This document shows positions 1 through 9,154 of a DNA stretch of 64,000 nucleotides, piece by piece. A program made the translations under genes and the position numbers. Every line of letters begins with the position of its first letter. Within the stretch, counting starts at the first letter, position 1. The notes under the pieces were generated by a model. It saw only the letters and a list, made by a program, of their open reading frames with translations. It was not told where the DNA came from and made no database searches. Source of the stretch: Planctomycetota bacterium (lineage in GTDB: Bacteria > Planctomycetota > PLA2 > JAEUHO01); the NCBI GenBank assembly GCA_965223505.1, contig CBDCWP010000012.1:1-64000 (forward strand), written 5' to 3'.

Positions 1-452
1 CGGCGGACGTGGCCGCGCCGGACGAAGAAGCGGTCGAGTCCGAGGAGCCCGTCAGGGCGCCCGTGCGCCCGGGCCGCGTGCTCGTCGTGGAAGACGAGCC
101 GGCGCTCCAGGCGCTGGTCGTCACCGGCCTCGAGATGCTGGGGCATCGCGCCGCGGTCGCGGCCGACGGCGAGGCCGCCGTGACGATGATCGACGACGGC
201 ATCGACAGCTTTGATCTCGTCTTGCTCGACCTGGTCCTGCCCAAGCTGTCCGGTGTGGACGTCTATCATCACCTGCGCACCGTCGCGCCCGACGTCCCGG
301 TGCTCGTCTCGTCCGGGAACGTCGAGGAGGGCCTGCAGGATCCCGCCGTGCGCGACGGCGCGGCCGGCGTCCTGCGCAAGCCCTGGCGGCTGCAGGACCT
401 GCAGCGCGAGGTCCAGCGCGTCCTGGGCAGGCTTCCGCACCTGCGGGAATGA
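1..452 (+). CDS. Response-regulator receiver domain, probably the C-terminus of a hybrid histidine kinase truncated by the window edge
   Basis: RVLVVEDE...DLVLLDLVLPKLSG...VLVSSG...LRKPW receiver motifs; the frame is open to the window start. Confidence 0.8.
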   Translation, partial: ADVAAPDEEAVESEEPVRAPVRPGRVLVVEDEPALQALVVTGLEMLGHRAAVAADGEAAVTMIDDGIDSFDLVLLDLVLPKLSGVDVYHHLRTVAPDVPVLVSSGNVEEGLQDPAVRDGAAGVLRKPWRLQDLQREVQRVLGRLPHLRE

Positions 453-506
453 CCCCGACTGCGGTCCACGCTTCCCAAACGGCGGGCGCGTGGTTTCCTT
501 GCCGCC

Positions 507-1580
507 ATGACAACGCACACCATCTCAGTTCTGGCCGGTGACGGCATCGGGGAAGAGGTCGTCGAGCAGGGGTTGCGCGTCCTGGACGCGGTTGCCGAGC
601 TCGAGGGCTTCACCGTCGAGAAGCGCGTGTTTCCGTACGGCGCCGACCACTATCTCGAGACCGGCGAGACGATGCCCGCAAAGGCGTTCGAGGAGATGGC
701 CGAGACCGAGGCGATCCTGCTGGGCGCGATCGGCGATCCGCGCGTGGAAACCGGCTACCTGGAGCGCGAGATCATCTGGGGCGTCCGCCAGACGTTCGAT
801 CTCTACGTCAACCTGCGGCCGATCAAGCTGTACAGCGAGGATCTCTGCCCGCTGAAGAACAAGGGGCCCGACGACATCGACATGCTCGTGGTGCGCGAGA
901 ACACCGAAGACGCGTACGCGGGCCTCGGCGGGATCCACCGCAAGGGGACGCCGCAAGAGGTGGCGATCGCCGAGATGATCTACACCCGCGACGGTGTCGA
1001 GCGCGTGATTCGCTATGCGTTCGAGCTCGCCGCGAAGCGCAACAAGGGCGGCAAGCCGCAGGTGACGCTCGTCGACAAGGCGAACGCGATCCGCGCGCAG
1101 GACATCTGGACCCGCTGCTTCGAAGAGGTTGCGTCGGAGTATCCGAACGTGAGCACCGACCACGCGTACATCGACGCGGCGTGCATGTGGATGGTGAAGA
1201 ACCCGGAGTGGTTCGACGTGGTCGTCACGCCCAACCTGTTCGGCGACATCATCACGGACCTGGGCGCCATGGTGCAGGGCGGGATGGGGATCGCCGCATC
1301 GGGCAACATCCATCCCGGCAAAGTCAGTATGTTCGAGCCGATCCATGGTTCCGCGCCCAAGTACCGGGGCAAGAACAGCGCGAGTCCGATCGCGACGATC
1401 GAGGCAGTGCGCATGCTGCTGGAGCACATCGGCGAAGCGGGCGCGGCCCAGCGCGTCGGCGACGCCGTGCGTCACGTGCTGGAGACCGGCAAGATCAAGA
1501 GTCTGTCGGCGGGCGCGCACAAGTGCGACGAGACGGGCGACATCGTGCTCGAGGCGTTGGCCGGCAAGGTCGCGTCGTAA
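507..1580 (+). CDS. leuB: 3-isopropylmalate dehydrogenase (isocitrate/isopropylmalate/tartrate dehydrogenase family)
   Basis: GDGIG, YVNLRP, RENTE, DKAN, NLFGDIITD and EPIHGSAP family motifs; substrate specificity inferred. Confidence 0.7.
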   Translation: MTTHTISVLAGDGIGEEVVEQGLRVLDAVAELEGFTVEKRVFPYGADHYLETGETMPAKAFEEMAETEAILLGAIGDPRVETGYLEREIIWGVRQTFDLYVNLRPIKLYSEDLCPLKNKGPDDIDMLVVRENTEDAYAGLGGIHRKGTPQEVAIAEMIYTRDGVERVIRYAFELAAKRNKGGKPQVTLVDKANAIRAQDIWTRCFEEVASEYPNVSTDHAYIDAACMWMVKNPEWFDVVVTPNLFGDIITDLGAMVQGGMGIAASGNIHPGKVSMFEPIHGSAPKYRGKNSASPIATIEAVRMLLEHIGEAGAAQRVGDAVRHVLETGKIKSLSAGAHKCDETGDIVLEALAGKVAS

Positions 1581-1701
1581 GGAACCGGCGTCGGTCGGAC
1601 GGTCCCGGTGCGGGATGCTCACCGGGACGTGATCGAGCACGTGATCGGGCGCGACGCCCAAGTGAGCCCCCTCCGGTCCCCCGCGCTACGATCCGCGTCG
1701 C

Positions 1702-2664
1702 ATGCTCCTCATCCCGATTGGCGACGAGCCCAACCTCCACACCCGTACGCCGTGGGTGAACTGGTCGCTGATCGCCGCGAACATCCTGGTGTTCCTGACG
1801 GCCGTCTTCACGACCGATGGTGACGCGGGCTTCGACCTCTGGGTGCGGGAGTGGGGCTTCACGCCGATCGCACCGCGGCTCACCACCTACTTCACCAGCA
1901 TGTTCATGCACGCCGGGTGGCTGCACCTTGGCGGCAACATGCTGTTCCTCTACATCTTCGGCGACAACGTCGAAGGCAGGCTCGGCCACCTCGGCTATCT
2001 GCTCGCCTACCTGGGCGCCGGCCTCGGCGCCGTGCTGCTGTATCAGGCGTTCGACCCGAACTCGACCCTTCCGTACCTGGGTGCGTCCGGCGCCGTCTAC
2101 GGCGTCGAGGGGTTCTACTTCCTGGCGTTCCCGCGTCACCGGGTGCGCGTCTTCATCTGGTTGTTCGTCCTCGTCTGGGTGTACCGCGTGAACGCGCGCA
2201 TCGTGCTCGGTCTCTACTTCTTGTTCGACCTGTGGAACCTCTTTCGGGAGCGCACGTTGCCCGGCGGAGAGATGCAAGGCGGTGTCGCCTACGCTGCGCA
2301 CGTCGGCGGGTTCTTCTTCGGCCTCGCGCTGGCCTTCGCGGTGCACCGTCTGTTGCCCGCCTCGCAGCGCGAACCCGAACCCCCGCGTGCACGCCGGGCC
2401 GTGGGATCGCGGATCTTGCTCGCCAGCGCCGAAGCGCACGAGCGCCGGGGCCGGACTCGCCAGGCCCTGGCCGCCTACGAGGCCGTGTTCTACGAGTTCC
2501 CGGGCACCTCGGCCGCGGCGACCGCGGCGCTTCGTGCCGGCCTGTTGCGCGCCGGTCGTTTGAACGACCCCGAGGGGGCGCGACCGCTCCTGCAGTACGC
2601 GCTTCGCAACGTGCCCGACACGTACCAGCGCGACCTCGCGCTGGAGGCGTTGCAGCGGCTGTAG
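1702..2664 (+). CDS. Rhomboid family intramembrane serine protease with a C-terminal TPR-like extension
   Basis: HAGWLHLGGNMLFL, GASG catalytic Ser and AHVGG catalytic His; helical repeat tail. Confidence 0.9.
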   Translation: MLLIPIGDEPNLHTRTPWVNWSLIAANILVFLTAVFTTDGDAGFDLWVREWGFTPIAPRLTTYFTSMFMHAGWLHLGGNMLFLYIFGDNVEGRLGHLGYLLAYLGAGLGAVLLYQAFDPNSTLPYLGASGAVYGVEGFYFLAFPRHRVRVFIWLFVLVWVYRVNARIVLGLYFLFDLWNLFRERTLPGGEMQGGVAYAAHVGGFFFGLALAFAVHRLLPASQREPEPPRARRAVGSRILLASAEAHERRGRTRQALAAYEAVFYEFPGTSAAATAALRAGLLRAGRLNDPEGARPLLQYALRNVPDTYQRDLALEALQRL

Positions 2665-2724
2665 CGCCTCGCGCCCGCCGTCGCGCGCGGTCCCTCGACC
2701 GCCGCAGCGGGCCCGGCCGCCGCG

Positions 2725-3939
2725 CTACTCGAACTCGGCCAGGAACGCCTTGACCCGCTCGAGGCCGTCCTCGATGTCGGGCCGGCTGCACGCGTACGAG
2801 AATCGAATCGCGAACGGCGCCTCGAACACGTCGCCCGGCACGACGGCGGCGTGCGCGTGTTCCAGCATCAAGGCCGCCAGCCGTGTCGCGTCCTGCACCA
2901 CCTCGCCCCGGAACGACTTTCCGAAGTACGGCGACACGTCGGGCAGCATGTAGAACGCGCCGTCCGGAACGGTGCCGTGCAGGTCGGGGATCGAGGCCAG
3001 GCTTCGATGCATGACGTCGCGGCGCTTGCGGAACACCTCACACATCTTCGCGATGTCTTCGACGGGTCCCCGCAACGCCGCCAGCGCGGCGCGCTGTGCG
3101 ATCTCGGGCGGGCCGCTGAACGCGTGACTCTGGAGCCGCACCATGCGCTGGATCCACTCCGCCGGGCCGCCGGCGTACCCGATCCGCCAGCCCGTCATCG
3201 AGAACGCTTTCGAGACGCCGTTGACGATCATCGTCCGGTCGCGCGCTTCCGGCGCGAGCGCACCGAACGACTTGAAGGTCGCTGGTGCGTAGGTGAGGTG
3301 CTCGTAGATCTCGTCGCTGATGACCGCGATGTCGTGCTCGACGGCGATGCGTCCCAGCTCGGCCTGCACGTCGTCGGGTTGGACGGCGCCCGTCGGGTTG
3401 CCCGGCGAGTTCAACATCAGGACCCGCGTGTTCGGCGTGATCGCGGCGCGCACGCGGTCGGGGTCGATGATGTAGCCGCTTTCCGGCGCCGTCGGAACGA
3501 ACACGGACGTGCCGCCGCACGACTGCACCATCTTCGGGTACGAGAGCCATGCGGGCGCGGGCAGGATCACCTCGTCGCCTTCGCGGACCAGGACCCGCAG
3601 CGCCAGGTACAGAACGCCCTTGGCGCCGACGCTCACGATCGTCTCGGTCGGCTTCAGGTCCGGTAGACTCGTCGCGCCGAGGTTCTCCGCGACGGCTTCG
3701 CGCAGCGGCATGATCCCCGCAGCGGGCGCGTACTTCGTTCGTCCCTCGCGAATGGCCGCGATCCCGGCCTCCTTGATGTAGTCGGGCGTGTCGAAGTCCG
3801 GTTCGCCGGCCGCGAAGGGCGAGACCTTGATGCCCTCGGCCCGCATTCGTTTGGCCGTGGCGCTGATGGCGAGTGTCTGCGACTCCGCGAGGGAGCCCGC
3901 GGTGGGCGTGAAGTCCAGCATGAGAGGGGTTTCCAGCAT
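2725..3939 (-). CDS. PLP-dependent class I/II aminotransferase (aspartate aminotransferase-like)
   Basis: GEPDFDTP, NSPGNPTG, SDEIY, SKAFSMTGWRIGY; start at 3939 or 3921. Confidence 0.92.
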   Translation of the reverse strand: MLETPLMLDFTPTAGSLAESQTLAISATAKRMRAEGIKVSPFAAGEPDFDTPDYIKEAGIAAIREGRTKYAPAAGIMPLREAVAENLGATSLPDLKPTETIVSVGAKGVLYLALRVLVREGDEVILPAPAWLSYPKMVQSCGGTSVFVPTAPESGYIIDPDRVRAAITPNTRVLMLNSPGNPTGAVQPDDVQAELGRIAVEHDIAVISDEIYEHLTYAPATFKSFGALAPEARDRTMIVNGVSKAFSMTGWRIGYAGGPAEWIQRMVRLQSHAFSGPPEIAQRAALAALRGPVEDIAKMCEVFRKRRDVMHRSLASIPDLHGTVPDGAFYMLPDVSPYFGKSFRGEVVQDATRLAALMLEHAHAAVVPGDVFEAPFAIRFSYACSRPDIEDGLERVKAFLAEFE

Positions 3940-4192
3940 GAAGGAGGAGCCTACCCGACCCCTCCCTCGCCGCCCCGGCGTACGCGAGTGCGCGCCTGCG
4001 AGAAAGGGACGCAGGGGCGCCGTGCCGTCGTCCAAGACGACGCCCATGCCGCCCCGTTCCCACACTCCGCGCGGCGCCCCCGCGCACCCTCGGTCCCGGA
4101 GCCGACCTCAGGGTAGTTTCGGGGGCCCCAGATCCCGCGGTGCGCCGCGCCGCGTACGACCGGCGACCGGTGCCGCGAGCGAAGGAACAGCC

Positions 4193-6484
4193 TTGCCGAA
4201 GCGACTGAAGAAGTACCTGCGCCGCCTGCTGTACCTGGTGGTGATCCTCGCCGTGCTCGCCATTGGGGCGTTCTGGTACTTCTGCCATTCGCCGCTGGAG
4301 GGCAGCGTCGAGGAGATGGGGTTCCTCGTCCCGCGCACGGCGGAGTTCATGCTGCGCGGCTCCTACGAGGATCTGAAGGCGACGGGCTGGGTCCAGGCCA
4401 ACGTGCTGAGCGATCCCCTTCATCCATCCATCCGCGAGCAGCTCCACGACCGGCTGCCGCAGATGATGGCCGAGACGTTCCAGTCGCTGCATCAACAGGA
4501 CGCCTCGTTCGTCGCCGAGTACATCCAGAACCACGCGGGATTCTCCGCATCCGGGTTCGCGGACGATGCCGACGACACGGACGTCTGGAGCCTCATTCGC
4601 CTCTGGCAGGAGTGGGTCACGCGCGACGTGCCGGACGGCGCCGATCGCGTGAAGCTGGCCGTCGAGATCCAGGAGGGCTTCATCGCTTCGCAGATCCCGC
4701 TCGGTCTGATCAGCATCGACGCCGAAGAAGACGGCGCCGCCGGCGAGGTCGTCGTCGCCGGTCGGCTCTGCGAGCGGCTCGGCATCGAGCACGGCGCGCC
4801 CCGTTGGCGCGAGATCCTCTTGTTGAAGCGGCTGCCGTGGAAGCCGCGGGCGGGCCTCGCCGCGGTGCTCGGTCACGAGTGGATCCGCGACATGGTGGTG
4901 GATCCCTCGCGCACACGCATTTCGCCCGAGGGCGACAACGGCGTCTACAAGGTCCTGTTGACCAACGTGCGGCCTTCGCCGGAGCGCGACCGCGCGGGCT
5001 GCAGCGCCGGCTTCGTGATACCGCCCGAGAACGTCTGGTACCTGATGCGGATCAAGGACGTGATCGCCCTCAGCAACTCGCCGGACCTGATCGACGACGT
5101 CGCCAACCTCGCTACGAATTACGAAGAAGGGCAGTCCGGGCAGAGCTTCATCGACCGACCGGACTTCGACGTGAAGCAGAAGGCGGGCCACGTCGCGCTG
5201 GCCGCCCAGCTCGACCCGCTGCACACCTGGGGGCATTCCGTGCTGGCGGAGGTCGGCGAGATGGGGGAGGTGCTCAACCGCTTCCTCACCATCGCGTCGC
5301 TCGACAAGGCCACGAACGGATCGCTTTCCTTGCAGAACGAAGACATGCTCGTCGGCCGCGTCGACGTCGAGTACATGGACCTCAAGCTGGCGCCCGAGGT
5401 CGAGAGCAAGGTCTACAGACTGCAACCGCAGTCGGTGCGCAAGGGGCTGGCCGAGCTCGTGCCGGCGGAGGACACGTGGCTCGTCGCGATGTTGCGCGCG
5501 GACCCGATGCACTTCTTCAACGCGATTCTGTTGGCGCTGCCCGACGGCGATCGCACGCTGATCGAGAACAATCTGCGCGGCACGAAGTACAACCGGCTCG
5601 AAGACGTCCTGCACGAGCTCGCGCCCCGGCTCGACGACACGGCGGCGGTCGCGATCGCGCGGCTGAGCGACCTCATGGACAAGCAGGAGTTCGCGACCTG
5701 GGCTTCGAAGGAGGACGAGAATCCGGTCGAGATCGCCGCGTTCATGATGCGCATCAGCGAGGCGACCAATCAGGACGAGCTCAACAAGTTCCTCGAGGAG
5801 CGCATCGAGATCCTCGGGTTCAGCGACGAGATCCAGACGAAGACGCACGGCGACTTCACGTATTCACGGATCACGCCGAAGGCGAAATTCCGCGACTTCA
5901 AGCTGATCACGCCGTGCTACATCCTCGCGCAGGACCACTTCATCTTCGCGTTGAACGAGACGTACTTCCGGAAGATCCTGGACACGATGGCGGACCCGCA
6001 GAAGCGTTCGCTGGCGCAGGACGAGGCCTTCCGTTTCACCATGGAGCCGCTGCAGGAGCGCGGGCACCTCGGCATTTTCGTGGACCTCGAGAAGTTGTTC
6101 CGGGTGCCGCCGGACAGTGAGCCCGGATCGCAGCCGCGCGGGCACATGTGGGACCGTCGCAACCTGTGGGTGCAGCAGGCGAAGGACGAGCGCGAGGAGG
6201 GCATCCAGTACCGGCAGGAGCTCGAGCGCAAGAAGCGGCAGGAGAAGGGCGGCCAGGCGCTGAACGACCAGGAGCTGATGTACATCGACGAGCAGGTCAT
6301 CGAGTACATGAGGGGCTGGCAGGACCGCATGTATCCGGAGTACGTCGAGGAGTACCGGAAGTCGCTGCTGCAGTGGCGCCGCCTGCACGGGATCGGGCTC
6401 GTGGCGACGGCCTACCCGGACCAGAGCAAGCTGGAGTTGTCGACCTCGTTGCTGCTGCGCGAGGCCGAGGCGTACGCGAAGTAG
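4193..6484 (+). CDS. Membrane-anchored hypothetical protein (~763 aa, single N-terminal TM helix)
   Basis: GAAGGA RBS then TTG at 4193; basic N-terminus followed by a hydrophobic helix; typical codon bias. Confidence 0.7.
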   Translation: MPKRLKKYLRRLLYLVVILAVLAIGAFWYFCHSPLEGSVEEMGFLVPRTAEFMLRGSYEDLKATGWVQANVLSDPLHPSIREQLHDRLPQMMAETFQSLHQQDASFVAEYIQNHAGFSASGFADDADDTDVWSLIRLWQEWVTRDVPDGADRVKLAVEIQEGFIASQIPLGLISIDAEEDGAAGEVVVAGRLCERLGIEHGAPRWREILLLKRLPWKPRAGLAAVLGHEWIRDMVVDPSRTRISPEGDNGVYKVLLTNVRPSPERDRAGCSAGFVIPPENVWYLMRIKDVIALSNSPDLIDDVANLATNYEEGQSGQSFIDRPDFDVKQKAGHVALAAQLDPLHTWGHSVLAEVGEMGEVLNRFLTIASLDKATNGSLSLQNEDMLVGRVDVEYMDLKLAPEVESKVYRLQPQSVRKGLAELVPAEDTWLVAMLRADPMHFFNAILLALPDGDRTLIENNLRGTKYNRLEDVLHELAPRLDDTAAVAIARLSDLMDKQEFATWASKEDENPVEIAAFMMRISEATNQDELNKFLEERIEILGFSDEIQTKTHGDFTYSRITPKAKFRDFKLITPCYILAQDHFIFALNETYFRKILDTMADPQKRSLAQDEAFRFTMEPLQERGHLGIFVDLEKLFRVPPDSEPGSQPRGHMWDRRNLWVQQAKDEREEGIQYRQELERKKRQEKGGQALNDQELMYIDEQVIEYMRGWQDRMYPEYVEEYRKSLLQWRRLHGIGLVATAYPDQSKLELSTSLLLREAEAYAK

Positions 6485-6492
6485 CGCTCTCC

Positions 6493-6520
6493 TTGACAGG
6501 CGGGGTCCGGTGGCTACCGT
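6493..6520 (+). promoter_or_regulatory. Sigma70-type promoter for the tRNA
   Basis: TTGACA-N16-TACCGT about 30 nt upstream of the tRNA. Confidence 0.6.
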
Positions 6521-6549
6521 TGCCCCGCGCTGAGCGAGCCCTACTTCAT

Positions 6550-6638
6550 GCCGGGATGGCGGAATTGGCAGACGCGCTAGACTAAGGATCTAGTGACCAG
6601 AGATGGTCTTGAGGGTTCAAGTCCCTCTCCCGGCACCA
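6550..6638 (+). tRNA. tRNA-Leu, anticodon AAG
   Basis: Acceptor stem GCCGGGA/TCCCGGC plus A-CCA; D-arm with GG; anticodon stem CTAGA/TCTAG with loop CT-AAG-GA (anticodon 6584-6586); long variable arm GACCA-GAGA-TGGTC; T-arm GAGGG-TTCAAGT-CCCTC. Confidence 0.93.
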
Positions 6639-6861
6639 CGCCTCCTCGCAGCCTGCGGCTGCGACCGGTCCCTCGCTTCGCTCGGCCCTCCAGACTTCGC
6701 CTTCGGGAGACGCGCGAACGCGCGTCCGACTTCGTGCATTCTCTTCAAGGGGGGGGAATGGTCCTCTTCCGGGCTCGAATTGGCTGCGCCAACTTGCCCT
6801 ATCCCCCTGCGGCGGCCGCCTTGGGCGCCCGCAATCGTGGAGGTGGCGTAGGGTGCTTCGC

Positions 6862-7221
6862 TCAACGGAAGCGCTGGATGAGTTTCTCGAGCATGCGGCA
6901 GACCTGTGCCGCGAGGTGGAGTGTTTGGAGGACGGCATGGGGTGATGCGAGTCGGCGGAGCTCGATGAGTTCGAGGGCGGCGGCGCATTCGGTGCATTCG
7001 GCTTGGGCGATGGTGTAGCGATGGGCTTTGTCGCGGGGACTGCGTCTCGCGGCGCCTTCGCCGATGTTGAGGAGTGTGGAGTCGGCGGCGCGTCGGAGTT
7101 GATCGGCGAGTTTGGCGCGACCGCGAGGTAGGTGGTCGGCGATGTCACCGGCTTTGATGGCGAATTCACGGGCGACGCGATAGACGTGGAGGGAGTGGAA
7201 GGCGAATGTGGGTCGATTCAT
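6862..7221 (-). CDS. Four-helix-bundle protein (23S rRNA intervening-sequence protein / Avd-like family)
   Basis: FHSLHVY...LADQLRRAADSTLLNIGEG...YTIAQAECTECAAALE pattern; 119 aa. Confidence 0.85.
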   Translation of the reverse strand: MNRPTFAFHSLHVYRVAREFAIKAGDIADHLPRGRAKLADQLRRAADSTLLNIGEGAARRSPRDKAHRYTIAQAECTECAAALELIELRRLASPHAVLQTLHLAAQVCRMLEKLIQRFR

Positions 7222-7237
7222 TGCAGGGGTGACTCCA

Positions 7238-7610
7238 GATCGTTTCCGCGTGGCGACATGCCGCGCGCGCATCTGAGGTGCGGCGTGTCGCCACGCGGAG
7301 CGATCTCCCATCCCTGATCCCTTTCCCCATCCCGATCCCTAGGCGACATGCCGCGCGCGCATCTGAGGTGCGGCGTGTCGCCACGCGGAGCGATCTCCCA
7401 TCCCTGATCCCTTTCCCCATCCCGATCCCTAGGCGACATGCGCGCGCGCATCTGAGGTGCGGCGTGTCGCCACGCGGAGCGATCTCCCATCCCTGATCCC
7501 TTTCCCTATCCCTGATCCCTTTCCCCATCCCGATCCCCATTCCTATCCCTAGGCGACATGCCGGGCGCGTATCTGAGGCGCGGCGAGTCGCCACGCGGGG
7601 CGATCTCCCT
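7238..7610. repeat. Array of four palindromic (hairpin) repeat units
   Basis: GGCGACATG starts at 7252, 7342, 7432 and 7552 (periods 90, 90, 120); each unit has the inverted repeat GGCGACATGCCGC...GCGGCGTGTCGCC. Confidence 0.92.
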
Positions 7611-7815
7611 TCCCCGTCCCCGTCCCTTTCCCCATCCCCTTCCCTTTCCCCATCCCCATCCCGATTCCCTTTCCCCATCCCGATCCCCTTCCCCGTCCCC
7701 ATCCCGATTCCCCATCCCCATCCCCATCCCGATCCCCGATCCCTTTCCCCATCCCCATCCCCATCCCCATCCCCATCCCCATCCCCATCCCAGTCCTATC
7801 CCTCCCCCCCCCCCA
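7606..7815. repeat. Degenerate hexamer tandem repeat (CCCCAT/CCCGAT/CCCCGT)n
   Basis: Visible run of CCCCAT-type hexamers ending in a poly-C tract. Confidence 0.9.
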
Positions 7816-8128
7816 CTCATCCCTCTGGTGTCCGAGCTGTCCTCCCATCCCTTCCCTCCCCCTCCGAGCGCACCACCTAACACCACCCCAAACTCCCCGG
7901 TGACATTCCGTACACATTCCCCTCGAACAGCCCCCTCGATTCATCTGGCTTTCGCACCGCACGGAAGGTTGGGCCCGTGAGCGGATTGGTAAACTCGCCC
8001 CTGGTTGGAGGGCGCAGCGTCCCCGACCGATAACCAGGTTGGGTGGAGAGTGTGCCCGCAACCGCGGCGCCGACTCCTCCCGCGGGGATCCCAGCTGGCC
8101 CCGCAGGCAAGATCTATGGAGGGTTCCG

Positions 8129-9055
8129 ATGCGGAATCGATGGACGAAAGTTTCGGCCCTGGCGATGACACTCTGTCTCGTCGCGGGTTGTTCTTCTTCA
8201 CCCCTCGACGGGGTCAACCTCTCGAGTCTGAACCCGTTCGACAGCTCGTGCGACACCTGCGCGGTCGATCCCTGTGCCCCCGAGCCGGATCCCTGCGCCC
8301 CGACGCCGGATCCCTGCGATCCCTGCGCGACCCCCGTCGCCGTGCAGCAGCAGCCCGGCCGTCCGGACGCGAAGCCCGGCGAGGTGTGGTGCTACATCCG
8401 CGTTCCCGCCGTCACCGAGACGGTGACCGAGAACGTGTGCGTGCAGCCCGCCACGATCCGCAAGGTCTGGGTGCCGCCGGTGCAGGAGGAGATCGAGGAG
8501 CAGGTCTGCACCTGTGAGGCGCAGGTCGTCACCGAGACGATCCCCGCCAAGTTCAAGGACGAGGTCGAGCAGTACTGCGTCGCGCCGGCCAAGACCGAGT
8601 GGCGCCGCGTCGAGTGCGAGCCGACGTCCCTGGGCGCCAAGGAGCAGGTCGGCGAGTGCTGGACGATCGTCGAGATCCCGGCGCAGTACGAGACCCGCAC
8701 GCGTCGCGTCTGCATCCAGCAGGCCCAGTGTGTGCAGCGCACCATTCCGGCCAAGTACGCGATGCAAAAGCGTCTCGTGACCACCTGCGCCGGCTACTAC
8801 AAGGACGTCGAGGTCCCCGCGGTCTACGAGACGAAGACCCGCGAGGTTCAGGTCTGCGGCCCGCGCTGGGAGTGGCGCCGCACGCACGAGTGCGAGGTTC
8901 CCGCCGAGAGCGGCGGCATGGCTCCGATCGAGGACGCCGCGCCCGCCGGCATCGGCTCGCCCGACGCCGAGGCGCTTCCGCCCGCGGCCGACGACAACCT
9001 GCCTCCGGCCGGCGAGCTTCCGCCGCTGGATCCGCTCGCGCCCGACGGCGAGTAG
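8129..9055 (+). CDS. Cysteine-rich lipoprotein with DPC repeats and 23-aa PAxY repeats
   Basis: GGAGG RBS; lipobox VAGC; 20 Cys; Pro/acidic C-terminal tail. Confidence 0.8.
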   Translation: MRNRWTKVSALAMTLCLVAGCSSSPLDGVNLSSLNPFDSSCDTCAVDPCAPEPDPCAPTPDPCDPCATPVAVQQQPGRPDAKPGEVWCYIRVPAVTETVTENVCVQPATIRKVWVPPVQEEIEEQVCTCEAQVVTETIPAKFKDEVEQYCVAPAKTEWRRVECEPTSLGAKEQVGECWTIVEIPAQYETRTRRVCIQQAQCVQRTIPAKYAMQKRLVTTCAGYYKDVEVPAVYETKTREVQVCGPRWEWRRTHECEVPAESGGMAPIEDAAPAGIGSPDAEALPPAADDNLPPAGELPPLDPLAPDGE

Positions 9056-9084
9056 TCGATCGCGACACGACGGAAAGCCGATTC

Positions 9085-9118
9085 GAGGCCGCGCGCCGCA
9101 TGGCGCGCGGCCTTCTCA
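9085..9118 (+). terminator. Probable intrinsic terminator hairpin
   Basis: AGGCCGCGCGCC-GCAT-GGCGCGCGGCCT followed by TCTC. Confidence 0.55.
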
Positions 9119-9154
9119 ATTCACGCTTGCGCAGCGTGCTACGGTGCCGCGTTC

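Noticed and set aside
6583..6585. Reading the tRNA anticodon as TAA
   Set aside because: The 5-bp stem CTAGA/TCTAG fixes a 7-nt loop with U33 at 6583, so the anticodon is AAG; G37 also fits NAG Leu tRNAs.
6862..7221. Diversity-generating retroelement (Avd-like gene)
   Set aside because: No reverse transcriptase is present and I see no TR/VR pair. The porin and fibre paralog differences are not adenine-specific.
7238..7610. CRISPR array
   Set aside because: The linkers are near-identical low-complexity hexamers rather than unique spacers, and there are no cas genes in the window.
7166..7980. ORFs with GMGMG/WGWG/PHPH repeats
   Set aside because: These are translations of the hexamer repeat, with no RBS or codon support.
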